DNA of 64,000 nucleotides from Octopus vulgaris. Its lineage: Eukaryota. The notes under the pieces are model-generated. The model was not told where the DNA came from. It saw only the letters and a program-made list of their open reading frames with translations, and did no database searches. Below, piece after piece: positions 13,245 through 27,485 of the stretch (its first letter is position 1; each line of letters begins with the position of its first letter). The position numbers were made by a program, and so were the translations under genes. The stretch spans positions 23,684,001 to 23,748,000 of the forward strand of contig OX597832.1 of the NCBI GenBank assembly GCA_951406725.2, written 5' to 3'.

Positions 13245-13591
13245 TTGGGTTGTCCGGAAAATTCGTGTCGATTTATAGTAGCTTACGTTTCGACTTATTT
13301 TAAAACATGGTTGAGTTCATAAAATAGGATTTGACTACACTTCCATTTAGAGCACAGTGTAAGCTATCTTTTCGTGGAAGAAGGTTTATGTTCCTCTAAC
13401 CTGTGTTAATTCTGTGACCCTTTAAAATGGAAGATAAGAATGTTCATTTTTGGCACTTGATGTTTTGGAAACCAGACAAAAATTGCTGCAGTTCGGCTGG
13501 GATATGTTACCCCCACTCTCTATATTCACCAGATATCGCTCCTTCGGATTTCCACTTGTTCAGGTCTCTGCAGAATAGTCTTAATGGTAAA
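13245..13591 (+). mobile_element. Internally deleted mariner element, right end missing
   Basis: TA|TTGGGTTGTCCGGAAA TIR; MEDKNVHF joined directly to TRQKLLQFGW..YSPDIAPSDFHLFRSLQNSLNG; same family as 43418-43982. Confidence 0.88.
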
Positions 13592-14491
13592 GGAGTTTGA
13601 GACGCAGCACAGTGTTACATCATATGACCTAAATAAGACAAGTCTTACTGACGCAGACCAACACCAGTATCTTTGAAATTTGTTTCATCTTACACACACA
13701 CATAGACACACACACATAGACACACACACACACATACATATATATATGTATGTATGTATGTATGTATACGTCCATATTATGTATATATATATATAAGTAT
13801 TATTAATTTTTCTTTCTCTCATTTCCTCCATCTCTATCTAATTATAATCTATCTATCTATCTTCATACACACATACATACATACATACATACACACATAC
13901 ATAATACATACATACATACACACATACATAATGCACACATACATGCATACATACATACACACATACATGCATACATACATACATACACACATACATACAT
14001 ATATACATACATACATACATACATACACACATACATACATAGATACATACATACATACATACACACATACATGCATACATACATAGATACATACATACAT
14101 ACATACACACATACATGCATACATACATACATACATACATACATACATACATACATACATACATACATACGTCTACATACGCACACGTATACTGTTAATA
14201 GAATTTATGGTAATGTACCAAAACCCAAGGTTTCATGCTGACAAGTGTCAACAACAATGGCGGAGCGTCTTTTGTGATTTTAATTCTAACTGAATAAGTG
14301 CCAGCGTGAACTACCGAGCTCTAGAATATCAACATAAATTACATTTAAAAGAACTGTTTAACCAAGTTACCACTGTTATGCATACATTTTTCCTGTTCGT
14401 TACTAACGCTCGTGCGTGTGTGTGCGTATTTATAAATATTTATCCATGTAAGTAAATCTACCTATTAGTCTTTCTCTGTAGGAAATATATT

Positions 14492-14745
14492 CTTTTATTC
14501 TTTTACTTGTTTCAGTCATTTGACTGCGGCCATGCTGGAGCACCGCCGTTAGTCGAGCAAATCGCCCCCCCCCCCGGACTTATTCTTTGCAAACCTAGTA
14601 CTTATTCTGTCGGTCTCTTATGCCGAACCGCTAAATTACGGGGACGTAAACACACCAGCATCGGTTGTCAAGCGACGCTGGGAGGACAACACACAGACAC
14701 ACATACACATGCATGTATATACATATATACGACGGGCTTCTTTCA
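14492..14745 (-). mobile_element. SINE family A 3' half
   Basis: TTTCAGTCATTTGACTGCGGCCATGCTGGAGCACCGCC tail and body. Confidence 0.88.
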
Positions 14746-14929
14746 GAAGTATATATATTTATATCTAACAATCTATACATATGTATGTTTGCATATGGGT
14801 ACGCATGTGTGTATATATGCGTATGTGATTATGTATGCGTGTGTATGAGTGTGTATGCATGTGTATATGTGTGCATGCGCGTGCGTAATCGTGCGTTGCA
14901 TACTTAATGAATATTAAACAGGATTTTAT

Positions 14930-15048
14930 TCTCAGACGAAGATTACAGAGAGATGGTCATTAACCCCCCACAACGCTCACCAATCTTAGTTCTTCATTAA
15001 CGTATGCCGAAACATGTGTCCAGACAGACACCGGCACTTAAAAAGATT
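14930..15048 (+). repeat. Dispersed ~105-bp repeat (second copy 16298-16402) with a hammerhead-like 3' half
   Basis: TTACAGAGAG.TGGTCA.TAACCCCCA..CTTCATTAA.GTATGCC..AACATGT.TCCAGA.AGACA.C.GCACTTAAAAAGA in both copies; GAA-ACA-tg-TGT-C at 15009-15020. Confidence 0.65.
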
Positions 15049-15861
15049 GATTTTTGCCTGTCTCCTCTAATTATTAATAAACTAACTTTGTTTAACACGT
15101 TTGATTAATTCTAATATATAACAACATTTATTTATTTATTGTCTTTGATTCTTTCTTCTCTGTTTTTGTTGTTTTTTTTGTTTTTTGTTTTTTGGGGGTT
15201 TTTATTTTTCAATTTTGAAAACAATTAAAAATAATGCATTTTACTTCGTTGATAATTTTTTTTTCACAGCATGAATCGAATTAATTAGCGCTTCAAACGG
15301 TAATCATTTCCAAAACGGTTCGACCATTTAACCCCTGGGATACTTTCTGTCTTGCTTATGGTTTTGTTTTTGTTTTATTAGTTTATTTTTCTTTGTTTTT
15401 TTTCTTCTTTCCGCTGTTATTACCGGTTTTGTTTTTCGAATTGTCCAACGTCTACGTTTTGTGGTTGCTTGGAAAAAAAATTTTAAAGTAAATTAATAAA
15501 GATTTACCCTATGCTATTTATTTCAAATTTCTTTAGGTTATCTGTTCCCCAGCAGGAAATATTATATTGTAAATGGAAGTTTAAAATTTGTATTAGACAT
15601 TTTAATCACCAGCTCGAACAATACACAACGAAACAGCCTGTAAGACAGCGGTAGAGAGATCATACATCTACCGCTGGCTGCGTGTACATGTTAAACATAA
15701 TCTCAGTGAATTTATGAAATAGAAAATAGCGGAAGCCATCAAACAAACGATATTTATAACAACAGTTCGTCGGAATTGTTTACTGAAGCTGTATCGATTA
15801 GTCCACAATTACACACGTCTGTTAATCTTATAATCCTGTAATCCGGTAGTCAGATGGCTAG

Positions 15862-16012
15862 GCAGTTAAGGAGCTCATTTTGCAACAACACGGTTTCAGG
15901 TTCGGTCCCAGTGCGTGACAACTTGGGTAACTATCTTCTACAGCATCCCGAGCTCGCCAATGCCTTGTGAATGAATTTGTTAGACGGAAATTATGCAGAA
16001 GCCCGTCGTATA
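15862..16012 (+). mobile_element. SINE family A 5' half
   Basis: Reverse-complement match to 12790-12940. Confidence 0.8.
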
Positions 16013-16056
16013 TATGCATGTAAATATGTGTGTGTGTCTATATGTATATATATATA

Positions 16057-16105
<49 letters not shown>

Positions 16106-16405
16106 ATTTGTGTATATATATATGCATGTGTGAGTTGGCATGCGTGTCTTTGTGTTTGGCAGCCCCATCATATACACGCTTACTACAACATGGTTTAGAG
16201 TTCAGTCCCGCTCCACATTTTCCGGGTTGAGAACTGCCTTGAAATTGAACTCCATCGCTAGAAAGCGTGTAAAAACATACCGTGTGTGTATATATATTAC
16301 AGAGAGCTGGTCACTAACCCCCAACAACCTTCAGCCTAAACCTTGGTCTTCATTAATGTATGCCTGAACATGTATCCAGATAGACATCAGCACTTAAAAA
16401 GAAAG

Positions 16406-16452
<47 letters not shown>

Positions 16453-16549
16453 CAGAATGAGACAGAGAGAGACAGAGAGACAGAGAGACAGAGAGACACA
16501 GAGAGACACAGAGAGAAAGAAAGAGCGAAAGATATATATATATATATAA

Positions 16550-17110
16550 GAATAAAAGCTTTTTAGACTTGTACTAAAGAAACTTTTTTCTAACTTTTAA
16601 GAATTAAAAATTGATATTTTAAATTTTTATATTTTGGTGTTTAAATTTTTTTAAATTCATTTTTTGATACATTTTCTTGTCGTTTCAACAGACTTATTCC
16701 AGTTCTCTGATCTAGAAGACGGAGAAGAACTAAATGAAAGAAATGGGAAGAAAAGAAAAAAGAGAAAAGAAAGAAGTAGATAAAAGAAAATAGGAGAAGA
16801 GAGAAAAAATATTCCACTCTAAATTGAACACTCATTGCTAGATTTCCTTTTCTTAATTGGCTTCCGTTCAAAAACTTTTCCTCCGTCTGCTCGTACAGAA
16901 TCTTACTCATATGACTTCAAATATCTTCTTTGACTGCCAGACTTTGATCACATATAAGACGCTCGTTTTTTTCAAAACAATGTCTCCAAAATAAATCACC
17001 TGGGTTCCAGTATGCAAAACTGAGCCCCCTCTAAGCTAATTTTGTTCCTTACGTTCACTATAAAAGGTTAATTTTAATCCCGACTGTCTTTTCTACATAG
17101 AATGACTCTC
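16550..17110 (-). mobile_element. Highly decayed PLE 3' remnant (GIY-YIG relic plus hammerhead relic)
   Basis: FYVEKT ... GTKLA ... FWRH ... ICDQSLAVKEDI*SHMSKILYEQTE..GSQLRKGNLA follows the motif order of the 10.4 and 59.3 kb fragments. TCTT/CTAGATCA/../GAAACG-AC/AAGA at 16719-16675. Confidence 0.45.
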
Positions 17111-17181
17111 TAATAATAATATTTACTTAAGCCTTATTACTGTTATTCCTATGTATGTATGTATGTATGTATGTATGTATG

Positions 17182-17212
<31 letters not shown>

Positions 17213-18042
17213 GTATATATGTATGCATATATTTATATATACACACATATATATACATATGTGTGTGTGTGATTGTGTGTGTGTGTGCATGCTTGTATAT
17301 GTGTCTGTTCCTTTGGTGTGTGCTTGTTCTTCCACCGCTTAACAAGGGGTGGTAATTTGCTTACGACCTCAGAGCTTTAGACGTTCGGCAAAAACGACCG
17401 ATAGAATAAGTATCACACTTTAAAAATTCGTAAGCACTGAGGTACAATTTGTTTGCTAAAACCCTCCAAGGGCTGCCCCAACATGGTCGCTCTCCATTGA
17501 CTGAAACAAGCAAAACAAAACAAAGGAACGACGAACAAGAAACGAGTGTTATACGTGTTCCCTATATAAAATACATCACATTCCAAACATAATGCTTTAT
17601 AAAGAAGTTCTTCTTCCCAGATTCTTTCACAGATATGAATGCACTTTTTATTGCGCTCGCTCTTTGAACATCGTCGCTGTTTCTTCTAAAAGGATCCGTT
17701 GTTTATAATAGAAAGCTGTAGTATTACGTCGACTGAAACGCTTCCATTTTTAATGGCTCTCTGTATCAAAGTTATACGTATGTAATTTTAATTAAAATTT
17801 TCCTGGTTTTTGTTCTTTCTGCTTTGTTTCTTCGTCAAGCAATCTTTTCATCGTATCAGAGAGTTATCTGTTATTAATGAAACGTTAATAAATCATATCT
17901 AAAGATGCGAAGATGAGAATATTATGGCTCGAAGTTTCTATGAGGATACACACACACACACACGCCCGCACGGCCACACACACACACACACGTACATACA
18001 CACATACGGACATAGACACACACATATATATATACATTTATT

Positions 18043-18093
<51 letters not shown>

Positions 18094-18134
18094 CGCCTCC
18101 ACACATATATATATATATATATATATTGCGCCTC

Positions 18135-18164
<30 letters not shown>

Positions 18165-18165
<1 letters not shown>

Positions 18166-18533
18166 GCCAGAACCGGGCGCCACTGCGTAGTACCAAGGAC
18201 TCCAAATTTGCCATCAAGATGTAGGACAAGATACTGTGATAGCCTGGGCTTCAGAGACCCACAGCTCTTCAATATCCTCCCGAAGAACCTGAGGGACCTG
18301 CATGGTGTAGATGCGGATGTCTTTAAAGTAGGACTGGATCTCTTCCTGTCAGGTGTCCCGGATGAACCAACTTCACGGCAGGAGGTGCAGATGAGGGCAG
18401 CTGCATCGAACTCTCTCATGCACCAAATGGCAGTTGCTAAAAAGCATTCGTGAGGTAAAATCATGTAGCAAACCAAATGGCGGTGCCCCAGCATGGCCAC
18501 ATCTCATTAGCTGAAACTGGAAAAATCAAAAAT

Positions 18534-18536
<3 letters not shown>
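18165..18536 (+). mobile_element. CR1/L2-group LINE 3' end (ORF2 C-terminus and 3' UTR) within (TA)n
   Basis: RTGRHCVVP..SLGFRDPQLFNILPKNLRDL..DVFKVGLDLFLSGVPDEP..RAAASNSL*, then GGCGGTGCCCCAGCATGGCCAC..CTGAAAC and an (AAAATC)-type tail. A tail-only copy lies at 51297-51366 on the minus strand. Confidence 0.8.
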
Positions 18537-18593
<57 letters not shown>

Positions 18594-19273
18594 GCCTACA
18601 TACAGATTTGTTTGGGCGATTGAGTGTGGAAGAACAAACTCAAGCAACTATATCAATATTTCTTACATCATATATCTATAAGTTTCTATCAAAGAAAACG
18701 ATATTGCGATCATATCTGCACCGAGAACTCTAGATTTCTACCGACTGACACTCCACATTGTCCACTAACATACAACGCTGAAATTTGCACACTGCAAAAT
18801 CTGTTGGACGATACCTGTATATGATTACTGAGCTCGGTATCCACTTTAATATTGAACAAACATAAAATATTGATGCCCTTTATGGCACTCTATTTCCAAT
18901 AACAGCCATGTTGCGTCAACAAAAATTAGGTTTTATTGGTGACTGTTACACACGTAAAGCCGACATAGCATATCAATTGCTGGAAGGTTTTATCTATTAC
19001 CTTCTGTGTTTCAGTCATGGAACTGCGGTCATACTGGGACTCCGTATTGAAGGGGTCTTGTTGAAAAAAAGCGACCCCAGAACTTATTTTTATTTTTATA
19101 TTTAAGTTTGGTTCTTATTATTATATTGGGTTGTTTTCCAAGCTGCTAAATGGGACGGGGGAGGGAGGACGGAAAACAAACCATCACCGGTTGTCAAGCA
19201 GCGGTGGAAAACAAACACACACGGTAACCTACAAGTGTGCACGCACGCATACACAAACACACACACATAACAG

Positions 19274-19369
<96 letters not shown>

Positions 19370-20049
19370 GTACTGTACATGTGTGTATGTGTGTGTGCGT
19401 GTGTATGTGCTTATGAGGACGGGAGAGGTAGAGAGATAAAAAATAGTAGGAATACGAAATTGTCCATTTTAGACAGTTAATACTTTTGTACGATAAGACA
19501 TCCCATCAGTTCTGGTTTCTCAGCCGTGAGATACTAAGCCAATTGATGTCCCTTATCGCTCCATATTATTATAAATCTACAATGGACAGGATAAAACATG
19601 TATTATTATAACTGCGTATACATTACTCTGCATATTTGTATCAAATGGCGTGTTTATATACGCACGCATACACACCAAAACGAGGCTGCTAGTTTGACGG
19701 AACAGCATTCATTCAATTCTATCGTCTGCAATCTCTAGACATCTGCGGTTAAGTGAAAAAACGAAAAAGAACAACAAAAAATGAATAAACTTCCTAATCT
19801 ACTTTTTTCTTTTTTCATTCATTTCTTTCGTCATTTCTTTTCTTATTTGTTCCGCCCCCATTTTCCATCTATTTAGTCCTCTTTCCTTCAATTTTTTGTC
19901 TTCGTATTATTTCAATCACTTGATTCGACATGGCTGGCATTCCCTCACTGCAAATCTCTTCTTTTGGTCGTTGGTTATCTTCCAAGCGTTTCACATCGTC
20001 TTCGCCTTACTCTATCTTTGTTAATTTTGCTTAATCCTTTACCCACCCA

Positions 20050-20125
<76 letters not shown>

Positions 20126-21451
20126 GCTCTAGATTTCGTCCTTTCATTTAACATGAGCTCTCTTTCCTCCTTTCTCTTTTGTCGCTCGCTCTTGCCGCCA
20201 CTGTGTTCCCCCATCCCTATTTCTTTTTCTTTTGTCTCACTCACCTTTCTCTCACTGTTTCCTTTTTATTGTCTCCCTCTTTCTTGCTCCTTCTATCTGT
20301 TTCTCTTTCTCTCACTGTCCCTCTTTTGCTGTCCCACTCTCTCACTATCCCTCACAAATACACACTCTATGTCTCTCACTACTCTCTACTTGTCTTTCCC
20401 TCCCTCCCTCTCACTCCCTCTTTCTCTCTACCGGACTGCAGATAGACAGATCGTTGCGACAGATAGATAGAGAGAGAGATCTAAGCCTTTCTCACTTCTT
20501 ATACGTTATCTATATTCACTATTTCCCCTCTTCCCCTCTTTACCTCTTTATCTCTCTTTTCCTCTTATATTTTCCATCACTTCCCCTCCTTTTCATATTC
20601 AAACTCTTATTGGTCTTTCCATCTCTCTCTCTTTGTCTCTTTCATCTATCTCCTCTCTCTCTCTATTGTTTCTATCTAATTTCCCTCTCTTATATTATAC
20701 ACTTATCTTTCTCCTTCTCTCTCTCTCCCTCTCTTTCTTTCTTTCTCTTTCTCCCACTCTCGTTTTACTTAAATTTCTTTTTCCTTTTCTTGTATATCCC
20801 TCTTATCTCTCTTTTCTCGTATATCCCTCTTATTTCTCTCTCCATCTTTCTCTCTCCCTCTCTTTCTCTCTCTCTCCCTCTCTTTCTCTCTCTCTCCCTC
20901 TCTCTCTCTCTATTTATTTATATATATACATATATATATATACATATCACATACACACACTCTTCTTCCATACTTGGCCTTTCTTTCCCATCTCCTTGCC
21001 TACGACCAGCCGTTCTCTTTCAAATACCACTGTACAACAACGAGCAAGAAGCAAAACTGGATAAAAGCAGACGACAATGGCCACTTGAGGAAAATACAAA
21101 GATATTGTACGACAATCTTTCCAGTAGAAAGAGAAAGGAAAACCATAATGTATAATGCACATACGGCAGAGTTTAGTTGATTAGTTTTATGTCTTAGTGT
21201 CATTTATGTGTCAACCTAGTTGATATTTGGATTTTTTCTTCATCTCTTTCTCCGATTTCCTTCGCTCGTCCTTTCTTTCGTTCTTTCATTCTTTCTTTCC
21301 AGTGTATAAACATAGTGCATACCTAAAACATAAGAATATCTCAATAGACCAGTGTTGTTATATACTAAAGCATTTCTGATATTCTGGTAAACTATTTGGA
21401 AAGCTCATATGTACGTGTATAAACATACTGTATACAGATATATATAAATAA

Positions 21452-21495
<44 letters not shown>

Positions 21496-21497
<2 letters not shown>

Positions 21498-21792
21498 AGG
21501 CGCAATGGCCCGGTGGTTAGGGCAGCGGACTCGCCGTCGTAGGATCGCGGCGATTCCCAGACCGGGCGTTGTGAGTGTTTATTGAGCGAAGACACCTAAA
21601 GCTCCACGAGGCTCCAGCAGAGGAGTGGTGGCGATCCCTGCTGTACTCTTTCGTCAACAACTTTCTCTCACTCTTTCTTCTGTTGGCCTGCTCGCTTAGC
21701 CAGCGGGGTGGCGTCATTTGAAGGCTAAAACAATGTGAAGTACATGGTGATCAGCGATGTATAGCAACATCTGATAGCCTGGTCGGTCACGG
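21496..21792 (+). mobile_element. tRNA-derived SINE (family D)
   Basis: GGAGGCGCAATGGCCCGGTGGTTAGGGCAGCGGACTCG head with A box, degenerate B box CGATTCCC; flanked by (TG)n and (TA)n. Confidence 0.7.
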
Positions 21793-21804
21793 ATATATAT
21801 ATAA

Positions 21805-21995
21805 GGTTGTTTATGGAGAGCCAACAGTCACCCAATCATACCGGCCTCCCCTCTCCACACCACTGATGTTATCCAATGGAAAGGCAAAGGCTGATACAGC
21901 TTGGTACCAGTGACATTGTAACTCATTTCTACAGCTGAGCTAACTGGAGCAACGCGAAATAAAGTGTCTTGCTCAAGAACACAACACGCTGCCCG
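21805..21995 (-). mobile_element. CORE-like SINE fragment, same family as 42620-42854 and 47265-47500
   Basis: GATGTTATCCAA.GGAAAGGCAAAGG.GATACAGCTTGG.ACCAGTGAC..CTGGAGCAAC. Confidence 0.75.
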
Positions 21996-22358
21996 TGTGT
22001 CTTATAGCCGTGAAAAACAGATGCGTCACTCATACAAATTAATTCATAAGCTGTTTGGAGCATTTTCGCTCTCTTTAATACAAAACTTTATTGCATTGCT
22101 ATCTCCAAACTTGTCTTCACGTTCCGATCTCATTCGGCAAACTAGTCAGCTGTTACGAATTGTGTTTATTGGGGTGGGTACAAAGTGCTGTTGCAGCTTT
22201 CTCCTTCAATATGGAATAACAAAGTTGACAGGTTGTCTTATTAAATTCACAGTAATGATACACTAAGATTACGATAATCTATGAGAGTTATACCTGTCTC
22301 TTGGAACACAAAGTCTCAAATCTCCTGGAATGCACATTGTACGTACGAGGTGCTTATA

Positions 22359-22394
<36 letters not shown>

Positions 22395-22560
22395 ATAGTA
22401 ATACATCGATGGAATTTAAAAACATCTTAATGCATTTGCACAAGTCACGTTTTTCTTACGGCCATAGTCCGTGTTCCTGGGATGATGACTGTATAATCTG
22501 TAATATCCAATGGACACCACATGGACTTAGTTCATGCGTTCATTTCTTCGGGCAATATGC

Positions 22561-22636
<76 letters not shown>

Positions 22637-22935
22637 GTATGTAAGTATGTATGTATTTAATCACATAACATATATGGAACATATATATATATATATATAT
22701 ATAAGTATATATAAGTATATATATATGTGTGTCTATATACGATATATATGTATAATATATATGTAACATGTATACATGTATAGCAAGCATATCTGTATTT
22801 ATAACAGATTTGAGTATATGCATATGATACATGTGTGTGTATATATATGTGTGTGAGTGAGTGTGAGTGTGATTGCATGTGTGTATATATATGTGTGTGT
22901 GTATGTGTGTGTGTCTGTGTGTGTGTATGTGTGTG

Positions 22936-22993
<58 letters not shown>

Positions 22994-24148
22994 TGTGTGT
23001 GTGTGAGTTTGTATAAATTTTGTGTTATCTGATTCTATGTCCGAAGTGTTTTTGTAAGAGGAAAAAAATCATGAACACATCGAAATATGATCCGTCATCG
23101 TGATTTGATTGACTGACTAAGAAACACGTCAAACGCTCATCTATACGATTGTTTTTATGCAACACATATGTTAGATTCGCTTTAGGGAGTGAAAAAATAC
23201 ATGACATATTTTTCATATCTTCAGTATCATGTTTAAAACACGCAAGCAAATCCTTTGTGTGGAAAATAATCCTGTTTAATTAGCTGTTTCTCTTCTTCAG
23301 TCGTATGAATAATCGGTAATGTGAAACTCAAAGACTCCAAAATGTCTCTGCATCTTATGAAATATACAAATTCTATTTTCCCTTATTTGGTCATTTTCTT
23401 CGTTTATAAACTACAAGCATTCAACAAATCCATTTGTGATTGTCAGTATGTGTGTGTGTGTGTGTCGCCGTGTGTGTGTATGTCTGTGAGAGTGTGTGTG
23501 TGTGTATGTGTGGTTGTGCGTGTGTGTACTTATGAGCAGTAAAACGGTTAAATAACTAAACTATTCAGCTATCTAATTACAAATCGTCCAATTCAAATCT
23601 GCAGTAAGTGTTTATTTATATTCCTGTGTGGAAGAACATTTTATTCTAAATTGGTTCAGTCCAACTAAATATCAGGAACATATTCCTGGTATTCTCGAAA
23701 CGATCAATAGAACTGGTGGAATATCTTTGATTACGAATGGTCAATAAAACCGTATAAGTAGCCATCATGAATTTTTATTATTCACCGTCGTCCGCAGTTG
23801 AAATCAGGATTACACAGATAGATTAATATACTTGTGGTGCAGCGGGAATTGCTGCACGGATCTGTTTGGAAAGCGAGGAACTAATAAAGTAGGAATATAA
23901 GCCACATTCAAAGGACAGGCTATTAATAAAAACGAAATTTTATTATCAACTAAATCCTTAACATATGGATTATTTCTTCTCCCTCCTTTTATCCCCATCC
24001 TTTATAATTTATCCCTAAACAATATATATTGTTTATCCAATCCCGCACAATACCGTATGGTCTCTCCCACACTTCTTCACCCCTGCTTAACGTCCATTGC
24101 ATTGTCTTTCAAACCATTGTGGCTAAGGGAGTTGAATATGAATATATG

Positions 24149-24378
24149 TATCTTTATTACCCACAAGGGGCTAAACAAAGAGAGGACAAACAAGGACAGA
24201 CAAAGGGATTAAGTCGATTACATCGACCCCAGTGCGTAACTGGTACTTATTTAATCGACTCCAAAAGGATGAAAGGCAAAGACGACCTCGGCGGAATTTG
24301 AACTCAGAACGTACCGGCAGACGAAATACGGCTACGCATTTCGCCCGGCGTGCTAACGGTTCTGCCAGCTCGCCGCCT
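24149..24378 (-). mobile_element. Full-length SINE family B (Meta-domain-like) with target-site duplication
   Basis: GGCGGCGAGCTGGCAGAA head, GAGTTCAAATTCC B box, GCCTTTCATCCTTT.GG.GTCGAT..AAGTACC centre; AATATGAATATA at 24135-24146 and 24381-24392. Confidence 0.88.
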
Positions 24379-24736
24379 TAAATATGAATATAATGTCATG
24401 CTACATTTCTACTGGTTCTTTACAGTGAAAGCACGTAGCCTCATTATCACCAGACCGTGGGTTCGATTCCCCGTCCGGATGTTGTGTTGTGTTCTTGAGC
24501 AAAACACTTCGTTCCACGTTGCTCTAGTTCTGTGTGCCGACCGGCATGCCAAACCCGTGGGTTGGAGGGCTGTCCCCTAAGTGGTGCAAAGGTGTCATCT
24601 GTCAGGACTAAGGAATCACTAATAAATGGTGGATGCAGCAAAGCGCACCTACCACTTATACTACTACTACTGCTGCTGCAGCTACTATAAATTCTACTAC
24701 TATTACTACCACTACTCTACTACTACTACTACTATA

Positions 24737-24795
<59 letters not shown>

Positions 24796-24952
24796 AACTG
24801 CTGCTGCTGCTGCTGCTACTACTGATAATAATCGTTTCTGCTACAGGCACAAGGCCTGAAATGTGTGAGTGTGTGTTGTAGTAGTAGTAGTGTAGTAGTG
24901 CCGTAGTGTAGTAGTATCTATGTGTGTGTTGTAGTGTAGTAGTATCTATTGA

Positions 24953-25268
<316 letters not shown>

Positions 25269-26557
25269 GCTGATGTTATATCGTGAGGCTTTAATCACCT
25301 TATTCAGTGTGCTGTGGAACAAAAAGGAAAATAACTGCGCGACTTGGTCACTAGGCCTACTAGAAAGAGCAGTCCTAACCTACAACTTTGTTGAAAGGAA
25401 GGAAACATTAACTAACGTAATGAAAATTCACACTGTCTTTGATTAGAATGGCTTGAGTGATCTTTGATCATACGAGTTGAAAAGTCTTTGATTTACTTTT
25501 CAGCCAGACTGACACAGAACTAAACGGCAACAATAATTTCGTAATATAAATATGGCGTAATCAAACTGCAATATCGGAAGCACAAACTAACCGGCCTCAA
25601 GCAGATTTATTTCGTCTTCGTAAAAGTATACGAGATTTAAAATCTGCGGCTGACTATCGATGTTTCAATGTTTCCTGTGATGTTGACTTCATTTGCATGC
25701 CTGATAGATATATGGAGATTTTGATAATACAGAAGGCAACAGAATTCAGTGGAAATATTTGCGTAGACACGATCGGACAACTTCATACATCCCATGGGCA
25801 ATTTCTCAGATGTTACAAAAGCTAAACTATACAGACGTGAGCAAAACAAAACAAAAAATTTAACAGAGAAAACGAAAGAAATGTTTAGAAAGTCAATAAA
25901 AAACAATAAAGCAAAAGAATTGTGTTTTTGTTATGTTTTGGAATGATTTTTTGGAATGATTTTTATATTTTGAGATTCGTAAAACGGACGCCATATTCAA
26001 GGAGATATTTTAACAAAAAAATAATGTTATATAAATATTGTTAGTAGAAAAACTTCTGACACGAGAAAGGGGCCACAAACTTTTGGACGAACTTCAATAC
26101 TGGATTGGAGCAAATCCAGTTCTTGAGTGGACTGTTACACACTTTATCGATCTCTGGAATCATGGAACGCCAAGTCGACTTCGGTAAGACATTCTGGCGT
26201 TCGAGTTTGTAAAGTGTGCCAGTTCCGTAGCTTTATAGTTTTATAGTCAGTAAACATTATGTAAATGAAATATGTTAAATTGATTACACTTGGAAACAGA
26301 TTTTGTTGTCCGGTGTTGAAGATATGTTTCCCAGTAATTTTGAAGTGCTGGTTTCAAAAATGAAATCCATTTTGCCTTATCGCGTTAAGATTTTTCAGAA
26401 ACTCAAATGACCATTTTCCAAAATTTCCAGTGTTGTCAGCTTTTTCTAGGGAAAGACTTGGCTTCATCAAATGCAGATTTAATGTAAGGGGCTTGACATA
26501 ACTTTGAAAGAACATTTAGGTAAACGCAGCTACAAAACTGAAAACAAAAAGTCACGA

Positions 26558-26973
26558 TTTACTCTTTTACTCTTTTACTTGTTTCAGTCATGTGACTGTG
26601 GCCATGCTGGAGCACCGCCTTCAGTCGAGCAAATCGACCCCTGGACTTATTCTTTGTAAGCCTAGTACTTATTCTATCGGTCTCTTTTGCCGAACCGCTA
26701 AGTTACGGGAACATAAACACACCAGCATCGGTTGTCAAGCGATGTTGGAGGGGGGGTCAAACACAGGCACACAAACATATACACACACACACACACACAT
26801 ACATATATACAACGGGCTTCTTTCAGTTTCTGTCTACGAAATCCACTAACAAGGCATTGGTCGGCCCGAGGTTACAGTAGAAGACACTTGCCCGAGGTGC
26901 CACGCAGTGGGAATGAACCCGGAACCATGTGGTTGGTAAGCAAGCTGCTTACCACACAGCCACTCCTACACCT
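26558..26973 (-). mobile_element. Full-length SINE family A
   Basis: Head TGGCTGTGTGG..GGTTCATTCCC, body, internal (CA)n, tail with CAGTCA..TGACTG hairpin and (GTAAAAGA)n. Confidence 0.92.
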
Positions 26974-27074
26974 ATAAGCATCTTCAGCAAGGAAACACGC
27001 ATCAAACTCAAGCAACTTTCACTGTTTTCAATCTAACCAGTTTCACATGTCATGATGGTGACAGAATTATTATC

Positions 27075-27143
<69 letters not shown>

Positions 27144-27485
27144 CAGGCAACATGGTGGCCGAACCGTTAGCACCCTAGGTAAAATGATTAGTGATGTGTC
27201 GCCTGTCTTTATGTCCTATGTTCAAATTCCTCTACATTCGACTTTGTCTTTCATCTTTTCGGGATCAAAACAATAAGTAGTAGATAGAATTATTGTTCTT
27301 GCTGTTGTTGTTGTTGTTGTTATTAAAATACCTGTTATATTTCTTTTAGTTTTAGTTTTAGTTTCACCCAGAATGGATGAATGCCAAGCCGACCGCGTTA
27401 GGATTTGAACGTAGAATATTAAAGATCGTAGCAAAATCCTTACTAATACAGAGTTTAATCAGTAGAAAAGAACGTTTACGATATT

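Noticed and set aside
20232-21155. 307-aa hydrophobic ORF resembling a membrane protein
   Set aside because: It derives from CT-rich low-complexity sequence.
21496-21570. tRNA gene (also 47440-47500 and 50149-50220)
   Set aside because: A/B boxes are present but there is no complete cloverleaf, and each continues into a SINE body.
25960-26557. Possible DNA-transposon ends
   Set aside because: No matching second TIR or TSD was found.
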